In this document: piece after piece, positions 8,532 through 15,347 of the stretch | Layout of the letters: every line of letters starts with the position of its first letter | Numbering within the stretch: the first letter of the stretch is position 1 | Assembly (NCBI GenBank): GCA_041752095.1 | Contig: JBGSHQ010000108.1 | Location: 1-38,199, forward strand | Direction of reading: 5' to 3' | From: Bdellovibrionia bacterium | GTDB taxonomy: Bacteria; Bdellovibrionota; UBA1018 | DNA: 38,199 nucleotides | Program-made: the position numbers and the translations under genes | Notes under the pieces: generated by a model | Seen by the model: the letters and a program-made list of their open reading frames with translations, nothing else | Told to the model about the DNA's origin: nothing | Databases searched by the model: none

Positions 8532-9724
8532 TTCACCGCTCGCCAAGAAGAAATAAATCTTTCCCACATGATCTCTGGTTCACCCGTGTATCCGATACTA
8601 AACCGAAGGAGTCCCTGAGAGAGTCCGATTTCCTTTTGCTGTTCCGCAGGAATTTCACTCGATGTGCTCTTCGCTGAACAGCTCATAAGTGTTCGCGAGA
8701 ATCCAAGAGAGACGGCGTAGAGCCCGAACTTCACGTCTTGTAACTTTTCCGCAAGTGCCTGCGCTCGCTCGGGAGTTCCACAGTCGACGGTCAGAATTCC
8801 ACCGAAACCATATCGCGCATCGATCACTTGGCGCGCAATCGCCGACTGCGGGTGTGACTTTAGAGACGGATAAATCACTGGAATTTTTTCTGCTTCCATT
8901 CGACCCGCTAGAAATTCTGCCATCTTTGAATGCGCTTGGATTCGAACCGCAAGATGATCCATTCGTAGATAAAGCTCATGCGCTACACGTGGATCCATCA
9001 CAGGTCCGGTAAGCATGACTGCACCGTGATTCACGTCGATGAGAGAAGCAATAAATTCTTCAGGCCCCGCGACAGCACCCGCGATAAAGTCGCTCGATCC
9101 TGAAATATACTTCGTGCAGGAGTGAATGACGATATCGGCTCCATGTTCGAGTGGACGAACCATAAGGGGCGTAAAAGTATTATCGATCACGAGTTTTAGG
9201 ACGTGCTTACGGCAGATTTTCGAAAGCCCACAGATATCGATGAGCGATAAGAGTGGATTACTGAGTGTCTCAGCGTAAATCACTTTTGTTTTTTTTGTGA
9301 TCGCCGCTTCGACCGCTTTTAGATCTGTCATTTCTACGAACGAAACATCGACTCCTCGCGAAGGGAGAAGGTTTTTAAAAAGTGCGTACGTCCCGCCGTA
9401 GACTGTGCGAGAGGAAATCAGATGACCGGGTTCACGAAAAAGTTGGTCGATCGTGCACGCAATCGCAGCCATTCCACTGGCCACTCCGAGCGCAGCAGGC
9501 GCACCCTCCATCGCAGCTAATTTTTTCCCGAAAATATTCACCGTCGGATTTGAATGACGGCTGTAGAGGTAGCACCCCTGGATCTCGCCTTGAAAGGTTC
9601 GCTCCATATCCTTCGGATCGAGAAAGGTCGAAGTCGCGGCCACGTCGATCACGGGAACGACCCCACCCTCTTCTCCAAAATGCTGAATATCGCGGATGGC
9701 CTGTTCGGGATGGGTGGGCTTCAT
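8528..9724 (-). CDS. Cys/Met-metabolism PLP-dependent enzyme (methionine gamma-lyase / cystathionine gamma-synthase family)
   Basis: YSRHSNPT, the DNTF motif and the PLP-lysine motif HSCTKYISGSSD are present. The ~398-aa size is typical of the family. Confidence 0.9.
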   Translation of the reverse strand: MKPTHPEQAIRDIQHFGEEGGVVPVIDVAATSTFLDPKDMERTFQGEIQGCYLYSRHSNPTVNIFGKKLAAMEGAPAALGVASGMAAIACTIDQLFREPGHLISSRTVYGGTYALFKNLLPSRGVDVSFVEMTDLKAVEAAITKKTKVIYAETLSNPLLSLIDICGLSKICRKHVLKLVIDNTFTPLMVRPLEHGADIVIHSCTKYISGSSDFIAGAVAGPEEFIASLIDVNHGAVMLTGPVMDPRVAHELYLRMDHLAVRIQAHSKMAEFLAGRMEAEKIPVIYPSLKSHPQSAIARQVIDARYGFGGILTVDCGTPERAQALAEKLQDVKFGLYAVSLGFSRTLMSCSAKSTSSEIPAEQQKEIGLSQGLLRFSIGYTGEPEIMWERFISSWRAVK

Positions 9725-9964
9725 GCCCTGGTTTTACCGCTCTCTGTATATATAGAGAAGGGTCTAGAACGATTGTTGAAATTATTAGGTTTTTCATGCC
9801 CCCACGACCCTTATGGGATTCTCCTTGTAATCTTAGATGCAACGCGTTAAAAACCAGCTGTAATTTACTTTTATCCACCTATTGCGGTTCTTGGGTGCGC
9901 AGATAACCGAAGGAATCGCAAACGGGTTTAGACTCGGAAACATTGGATTAAAGACGGAGAATTT

Positions 9965-10336
9965 ATGAAGACTATTTTTAGCTTGATGACGATGCTTCTG
10001 GCTCAATCTGTACTGGCAGATTGTTCGATTGTCAGCGCCGGTTCCTGGGATGAAGTAATCATGAAGGTTTCAGTCGATGGTGTCGAAGTGGCAGCAACCA
10101 AGTACGATCCTCTGGATCGGGCTGGGGAGCGCACCCAAGCGAAAGCGTACGCGAAAGTAAGCGATGAGCTGATTAAATTAGTTCAAACCGACAAATGTTC
10201 ATCTGGCGTCGTAGTCGAGACCTTTTGGTTCAGCACAACCCCATTTACCTGGTTTGAACAAACAGAATCAAAATCCAAGCGTCTGCAGGATTTGGCGGAA
10301 TTAAACGTAATCTACAAACGAAACGCGGGACTTTAA
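9965..10336 (+). CDS. Small secreted hypothetical protein (123 aa, 2 Cys)
   Basis: Signal peptide MKTIFSLMTMLLAQSVLA-DC. GGAG SD 6 nt upstream of the ATG. I recognise no family. Confidence 0.6.
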   Translation: MKTIFSLMTMLLAQSVLADCSIVSAGSWDEVIMKVSVDGVEVAATKYDPLDRAGERTQAKAYAKVSDELIKLVQTDKCSSGVVVETFWFSTTPFTWFEQTESKSKRLQDLAELNVIYKRNAGL

Positions 10337-10424
10337 CCCTGAATTAGCTCGCAACCACTGCGCGCATGAACAAAACATTTCGGCGCATGCCACGGACTAA
10401 AAAAAATTGGATTGAAAACAAAGT

Positions 10425-10922
10425 ATGAAAATAAAAATCGCAGCAATTGTAACCTTCTCCTTTATGGTCACTATTCATTCGGCAAATGCGTTCACCGCAT
10501 TTTGCTCACTCAATGAGAAGAAAAACTTCGTGGCTTACTCGAAAGCTGAATTCGAATGTACGACCGGTGGACGAGAATCCATTGGAACCTTAGAAATCGA
10601 CCTCGTGGGGATCGACGCTCAGATTCGATATGATGGAAGAGCACCCGTCGACGAGGAAGGACGGCAAGCTATGGGTACCGGTACGGCGGAAGGCCTTATA
10701 TTAACTTGCCCACTGGTTTCAAAAAAACGTCTCCACAAAGTAATCAACAAGCGGGGTTTTTGGGGAGGTGTTGGTTTAATGGCCGGTGCTGGAGTAATTG
10801 GTTCGGTTAAGGCCGGAGTCGGATTCAATCATCGGGGAGCTGCTTGTCTAATTATGGGCGGATCCGTTGTTGTACTACCGGAAGTGGCAGCTGGTTTCGT
10901 CCGATTTAAAATTTCGTATTAA
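10425..10922 (+). CDS. Secreted hypothetical protein with a C-terminal glycine-zipper-like segment (165 aa)
   Basis: Signal peptide ...TIHSANA-FT. C-terminal GFWGGVGLMAGAGVIGSVKAGVGFNHRGAACLIMGG resembles GxxxG glycine-zipper membrane-inserting segments. Confidence 0.6.
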   Translation: MKIKIAAIVTFSFMVTIHSANAFTAFCSLNEKKNFVAYSKAEFECTTGGRESIGTLEIDLVGIDAQIRYDGRAPVDEEGRQAMGTGTAEGLILTCPLVSKKRLHKVINKRGFWGGVGLMAGAGVIGSVKAGVGFNHRGAACLIMGGSVVVLPEVAAGFVRFKISY

Positions 10923-10943
10923 TGAATATCAGGAGAATTAATT

Positions 10944-11369
10944 ATGAAACTTCTAATCGTCTTATTAAGTCTTACAGCACTACCAGCACAGGCTGAACAA
11001 ACTCGGATTACGGTCCGAGGAGTTGCTGCAACCGCCATCATGGATTCGTTTACCTATGGTGAACACTTTAATCCTCCCTATCATCACGATAACGAAATTT
11101 ACTGTAAGGCTAAAGAACCGCGTGGATCTCGCTCCTTCGGATACGCGAGTTGTACGAATAACTCATGGTTCGATAATGGAACTAAGAATGCTTTTAACTT
11201 TACACTCGCTTTAATCGAGGCTCTTCCGATTGATCTTCAGCAAAAACTCGTCGTTTCACGAGAAGATCAACGCAATGGATATACGATGAGCATAGAGGTT
11301 AAGTCTCTCGTCTGTAACCGCTCACGCAGTCGCGTGCCGGATCAATGCGATATCGTTGTCGATCTTTAA
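10944..11369 (+). CDS. Small secreted hypothetical protein (141 aa, 4 Cys)
   Basis: Signal peptide MKLLIVLLSLTALPAQA-EQ. AGGAGA SD upstream. Confidence 0.6.
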   Translation: MKLLIVLLSLTALPAQAEQTRITVRGVAATAIMDSFTYGEHFNPPYHHDNEIYCKAKEPRGSRSFGYASCTNNSWFDNGTKNAFNFTLALIEALPIDLQQKLVVSREDQRNGYTMSIEVKSLVCNRSRSRVPDQCDIVVDL

Positions 11370-11377
11370 TTCTAAAA

Positions 11378-11491
11378 ATGAAATTTTTCCTGTTATTAAC
11401 AGCACTATCGTTTCTTCCGAGCATCAGTTTTGCGATTACGGGAACAAATGTAAAAACACCGGATGAAACTTTAATTGGAATGCGCCGTTAA
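11378..11491 (+). CDS. Candidate 37-aa mini-ORF: signal peptide plus an 18-residue tail (or an N-terminal gene remnant)
   Basis: Below the ORF-track cutoff. Hand translation: MKFFLLLTALSFLPSISFA-ITGTNVKTPDETLIGMRR. It starts 9 nt after the stop of the preceding gene. Confidence 0.3.
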   Translation: MKFFLLLTALSFLPSISFAITGTNVKTPDETLIGMRR

Positions 11492-11543
11492 ACAAAGAAT
11501 TGCGGCGAGATAGATTGAATTAAAACATTGGATTGAGAGTCTT

Positions 11544-12035
11544 ATGCGTTTCCCGATGCGATTGATGATCTTCCTGCTTTTGTCTTCAATAGCCACGACC
11601 TCGTTCGGCGCACCTACCCGACTGGAGTGCGAAGAAATCGTAATGAGCGGACGACGTTTAGGCAGCAATCTTTTTGGAAGAGCATTTACTAGTAACGCCC
11701 CTAAAGAAGAAGGCGTGGCATTGCTCCGGTTGCTCGATCGAGTCGACGAATATTCTTTGCGTGAAATCGGCGCATCCGTCACCCCGTGGGAACTTTCGCT
11801 GATCCCTCATTTAAGGACTCGACAAGAAGGTTTATACGCTCAGATCGCTAAACTTTTCGATCGTTTTCGATTGGATGGTTTCGCTTCGAAATTCAGGCTG
11901 CCCGGTGGCGAATGGAGAGGTGCAAGACTTGCCGCCACTCGTGCCTTTTTAGACGGGAGCTTGGCATTCGATGGAGACTATTTTGAGAAAATGGCCGATC
12001 TTAGCGAACTCCGACATCCCCCGCATGGGAAATGA
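11544..12035 (+). CDS. Secreted hypothetical protein (163 aa), possibly the N-terminal part of a frameshifted larger gene
   Basis: Signal peptide MRFPMRLMIFLLLSSIATTSFG-AP. It ends 11 nt after the C5 tract at 12018-12022, and the +1 frame stays open for a further 310+ codons. Confidence 0.55.
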   Translation: MRFPMRLMIFLLLSSIATTSFGAPTRLECEEIVMSGRRLGSNLFGRAFTSNAPKEEGVALLRLLDRVDEYSLREIGASVTPWELSLIPHLRTRQEGLYAQIAKLFDRFRLDGFASKFRLPGGEWRGARLAATRAFLDGSLAFDGDYFEKMADLSELRHPPHGK

Positions 12036-12969
12036 ACTTGGATTGACGACGTTGATCCCCTCCATGTCGGCATGCACAATGTACGTGAAGTCCGATCGAG
12101 GCGAATGCACGGCTACGTTGAATTACGTGTTAAAAAAAATGAAACGTACCAACGAGCATGTTACCGCAGGTCCGTTCCTGGCGAAGATTTTGGCTGATCC
12201 GTCCTATGCCGATCCATTAAAAAAGGCGGCGAATAAGATCCTATCTAAGGCACTTTCGTATTCTGGGCCTTCGGGCGGTTTATTCGATGATATCTACCAA
12301 TCGTTCATCGAATGCGGTTTCTCGAGAGCAGATGCGACTGAGAAAACATGGTACTCTATCTTGCTCATCATGACGGACGGACCTAATCTCTTCGTGCTGT
12401 TTGATTGGGCTGATCGAGGCAACGCGATGACTTTATTTTCAGCTGCGATCATCGCTTCTGCGATCCCCGTCTTGAATAGCCTTACATTCGAAAGCGGGAG
12501 GCCGTACTCTTTTCCGGAGAGTTCGCACGTCACATGTGACACCGGAAAACCCTACCATTTTTGGGTCCCCGCGTTTTTAACGTATGCTTCGATCCAGGCA
12601 GGCTTCAAGGCGAGAGCGGCGATTCAGTCTGGTTATATTAGCGATGTCGGATACCAGATTTTCGCCACCGGATACGGACGAAAACCCTGGAAAACGTTTT
12701 CATCTGAATGGAACTCAACTGGAAACAATAAGACGAGATTGGATTTGGCTTATGCCGCCGCTGGCGCGCGTTTTGGCTTCAATCCAGCCGCAAACGGTCA
12801 AAACATCGATGCAAATTTCGACCGGCTGATGAAAGCAGGGAAAGTTATCGAGCCGTTAGCCGAACAAGATGCTTTGGATTTGACGAAAAATCCATTCCAC
12901 AAGCTAAAGATGGTGAAAAGATGGAATGCTATTTTTTCGCCGGATGTGCTGTTGGATGGAAACCACTGA
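12025..12969 (+). CDS. Hypothetical protein (about 300-315 aa, no signal peptide of its own)
   Basis: ORF 11971..12969. Candidate starts are ATG 12025 or ATG 12064, neither with an SD. The protein-like sequence includes GKPYHFWVPAFLTYASIQAGF. Confidence 0.6.
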   Translation: MGNELGLTTLIPSMSACTMYVKSDRGECTATLNYVLKKMKRTNEHVTAGPFLAKILADPSYADPLKKAANKILSKALSYSGPSGGLFDDIYQSFIECGFSRADATEKTWYSILLIMTDGPNLFVLFDWADRGNAMTLFSAAIIASAIPVLNSLTFESGRPYSFPESSHVTCDTGKPYHFWVPAFLTYASIQAGFKARAAIQSGYISDVGYQIFATGYGRKPWKTFSSEWNSTGNNKTRLDLAYAAAGARFGFNPAANGQNIDANFDRLMKAGKVIEPLAEQDALDLTKNPFHKLKMVKRWNAIFSPDVLLDGNH

Positions 12970-13011
12970 TTTCAAATTCCATTGATGAGCTATTAAGCAA
13001 AACTATCTAAA

Positions 13012-13057
13012 CTGTAGACGATACAGGTGTTTTGATTAAATCCGTCAGACTTTAAGT
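13012..13057 (+). repeat. Copy B of the 3-copy intergenic element
   Basis: CTGTAGA-CGATACAGGTGTTTTGA-TTAAATCCGTCAGACTTTAAGT. The core is 13019-13035, 50 nt after the stop at 12969. The 3' end overlaps the stop codon of the convergent STAS-like gene. Confidence 0.85.
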
Positions 13058-13324
13058 ACCTTGCTCCTGAATCGCCTTAAGAGATTCGATAACCGAAACG
13101 TTCTCAGTCGGTAAACACACCACGCGATCACGTCCAAACTCCGCATATAAGGCAGACAGGACTTCATCAAGCCATGATGGAGCCACTGCGAGTACGTCAG
13201 TGAAATCGAGCTCGATTTTCTCATTAGAGCCGATCTTAAAATAAGATTTAATCGTCAATGCAGCATCACGACCAGCCGGCCTTGAAGTTAAAATTTCGCC
13301 AAATTTTTTTATTTCAACTTTCAT
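13052..13324 (-). CDS. STAS-like domain protein (DUF4325-type)
   Basis: ORF 13052..13336. The pattern ...SRPAGRDAALTIKSYF...IELDFTDVLAVAPSWLDEVL fits the STAS-like/DUF4325 layout (ldF.gV..i..SF.DE). ATG at 13324 makes an ATGA overlap with the upstream ATPase stop. Confidence 0.7.
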   Translation of the reverse strand: MKVEIKKFGEILTSRPAGRDAALTIKSYFKIGSNEKIELDFTDVLAVAPSWLDEVLSALYAEFGRDRVVCLPTENVSVIESLKAIQEQGT

Positions 13325-14097
13325 GAGAGCCCCCACACTAACACGGTTACTGTGCCATGAACCGATTTGAAGTTTTTCTTCAGAAACTTCTCCGCCTTTT
13401 CTCCTAAATCACCGTAAGAAACGAAAGCCGTTCCGGATAAACACGCTAAACCACGATTTCCGGTTTCTGAAAAATTTCTACGCACGAACTTAAGACCATT
13501 TCCCCGCTGTTCAGGAGCCCGACCCGAAATAATTTTCTCAAACGCAGCATGGAGTGCAGTTTTTTCATCACTTAAAGAGGGATGCATGCGCGAAAGTGAA
13601 CGAAAAATTCCTTGGCCTCGATCCGCAACGCAAATCCAAAGTAGTTTTCCAGTTACTTGCGTTTCTACCCAACACCCGGGCACATCACGCCACTGCCCGA
13701 GATTATGATCGAAAGTATTATTTCCAATCTCCCCCACAGTAGAGATCACTAAGGGCAGCCACTCAGATGCCAAGCCTTGTTTCAGGAGAACTTTAAGTCT
13801 AGACAAGCGACCCGTGAAAACATCTCGCGATTCGCTTAAAAACTCCGACCGAATAGCGGAGGCGTTCTTTGCACTTACCCATTCAATCATCGAAGCGAAG
13901 TCAGGAACTCCCGCTAGAGTGTAGTAAGTCTGCGGGGCTGAACCCCGTACGACTAAAATCCCTTCAGCAACCAACTTCCTCAGATGGCGATGAACGGCTT
14001 GGGGCGATATTCCAAGATGGGTATGGAGTTCAACCGGCCGGGTTTTTCCATTTTTATCTATAATCTCAATTATTTGTGATCGAGTCGTTGTTTTAAT
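13321..14097 (-). CDS. Winged-HTH fused to a GHKL-type (RsbW/SpoIIAB-like) ATPase/kinase domain
   Basis: The ORF track starts at TTG 13974, but the frame stays open upstream to the TAA at 14109..14107. That extension encodes TTTRSQIIEIIDKNGKTRPVELHTHLGISPQAVHRHLRKLVAEGILVVRG, a clear wHTH. GHKL boxes: EIGNNTFDHN (N box), VADRGQGI (G1), GNGLKFV (G2). The start codon is uncertain (ATT 14097 or ATA 14103). Confidence 0.7.
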   Translation of the reverse strand: MKTTTRSQIIEIIDKNGKTRPVELHTHLGISPQAVHRHLRKLVAEGILVVRGSAPQTYYTLAGVPDFASMIEWVSAKNASAIRSEFLSESRDVFTGRLSRLKVLLKQGLASEWLPLVISTVGEIGNNTFDHNLGQWRDVPGCWVETQVTGKLLWICVADRGQGIFRSLSRMHPSLSDEKTALHAAFEKIISGRAPEQRGNGLKFVRRNFSETGNRGLACLSGTAFVSYGDLGEKAEKFLKKNFKSVHGTVTVLVWGLS

Positions 14098-14100
14098 ATT

Positions 14101-14128
14101 TATAGTTTATAGTAAACTATAAACTATA
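14101..14128. promoter_or_regulatory. Perfect 13-bp inverted repeat (candidate operator)
   Basis: TATAGTTTATAGT-AA-ACTATAAACTATA. It abuts the 5' end of the wHTH-ATPase reading frame and lies in the divergent intergenic region shared with the gene at 14237. A further TTTATAG half-site follows at about 14141-14147. Confidence 0.5.
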
Positions 14129-14236
14129 GCAATTATGATATTTATAGATTTTAACAGCCTTGGGAATAGGCCTTGTACATTTTTACGCACTGCGCTAAAG
14201 GTTGGTCAAACATTACTTTCGATTTAAGGAGAATTT

Positions 14237-14659
14237 ATGAGTTTATTAAACCTGACTTGGACCCTGCTCGCACTCTCAACATCGGCATTAGCAGAACCCA
14301 GCACCATCTCGATTACCTGTAAAGATGGTAATAAAATCGTCGCGGAAGTCGTCGCCGATATCGAGACGGGCGAAAAAAATTCATTCATTCACTACGGCAA
14401 CGCTAAGCCAACATCACTTGTGATCACCCACCTCGAAGGTGATCCTGAGGCAATGAGAACAGAAAAAGCAATGCTTGAAGTTTACGCAAGTAATGAAAGT
14501 GAAACATCCACTGCACTCCTCACGCTTATGACCCCTAAGGGCAGCAAAAAAGTTACTGATAAAATTTCTACTGCAGGCGCCCTAGAATTCAATGATTCAA
14601 CAACGGATAAGCTCATAAAAATGGATGACCTCACCTGCGAAGTGAAAAACTCTAAATAG
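14237..14659 (+). CDS. Small secreted hypothetical protein (140 aa; Cys near the mature N-terminus and the C-terminus)
   Basis: Signal peptide ...LALSTSALA-EPSTISITC. C-terminus DDLTCEVKNSK. AAGGAGA SD upstream. Confidence 0.6.
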   Translation: MSLLNLTWTLLALSTSALAEPSTISITCKDGNKIVAEVVADIETGEKNSFIHYGNAKPTSLVITHLEGDPEAMRTEKAMLEVYASNESETSTALLTLMTPKGSKKVTDKISTAGALEFNDSTTDKLIKMDDLTCEVKNSK

Positions 14660-14700
14660 CGCGCAGGAAAAATGCATCGTTTTTCTAAAAGGATAAAAAA

Positions 14701-15117
14701 ATGAAAATCGCAATAATTATTATTTCAGCATTAATTTCGGCAGGTTCTTTAGCCAGTTTTAGCTCGAAAATTTACACATGCAGCGTAAACGACCTCCGCG
14801 AAGAAATCACGATCACCACTAACATGAATGCTGTTGGAGATATCACGAGTGATTATTTCACCATAAGCAGTCCAGGATTATTTTCAGAATTCGATAACCT
14901 CGACTTTGATCTCTCCGTCTGTGCTTACGATGGCATGTATGGAGACGAAAAACTTTCTACCGGAATGCACTGTGAAGGCCAATCTATCGGTGGTGGCTTC
15001 GACTTTAAATCGATTTTCAAAATCCAATCCAACGAAAAAAATCTCGGAAATAACCCAAAAACTTTCAAAGCAACGATCACGAACGGCGCAAAAAAATATT
15101 CCCTTGAATGTAAATAG
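14701..15117 (+). CDS. Small secreted hypothetical protein (138 aa; Cys near the mature N-terminus and penultimate residue)
   Basis: Signal peptide MKIAIIIISALISAGSLA-SFSSKIYTC. C-terminus KKYSLECK. Confidence 0.6.
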   Translation: MKIAIIIISALISAGSLASFSSKIYTCSVNDLREEITITTNMNAVGDITSDYFTISSPGLFSEFDNLDFDLSVCAYDGMYGDEKLSTGMHCEGQSIGGGFDFKSIFKIQSNEKNLGNNPKTFKATITNGAKKYSLECK

Positions 15118-15165
15118 CTCGTTAATAACCATTTACGGCGCACACAGGATAGCGAAGGATTTGAA

Positions 15166-15210
15166 CCTGTAGCGATACAGGTGTTTTGACTAAAATGATC
15201 GGTCTTTAGT
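15166..15210 (+). repeat. Copy C of the 3-copy intergenic element
   Basis: CCTGTAG-CGATACAGGTGTTTTGA-CTAAAATGATCGGTCTTTAGT. The core is 15173-15189, 56 nt after the stop at 15117. It is in direct orientation relative to copy B. Confidence 0.85.
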
Positions 15211-15347
15211 CCCTTATCTTCAAATTTCCCTGGAATGACTAAAAAATTAGGCATCTAAGCCACTGTTTTTATTGATCTTTAATAAAATACTCTATGGTGC
15301 GCGGAATAGATCGGTAACTAGAAAGCTCGCTTGCCCGTAAAGCTGCC

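Noticed and set aside
8938-8950. The reverse complement reads GCGGTTCGAATCC, the tRNA T-loop consensus.
   Set aside because: It lies inside the well-supported PLP-enzyme CDS. The flanking bases do not form a 5-bp T-stem or an acceptor stem.
9382-9906. ORF-track entries 9382..9906 (+), 9432..9878 (-) and 9554..9850 (+).
   Set aside because: They overlap the 5' part of the PLP-enzyme gene or its upstream region. They are Arg/Ser/Pro-rich shadow frames without start signals.
14925-15254. The 109-aa minus-strand ORF spanning repeat copy C and the 3' end of the gene at 14701-15117.
   Set aside because: It is antisense to a better-supported gene. The repeat it crosses is conserved at nucleotide level but not in reading frame across the three copies.
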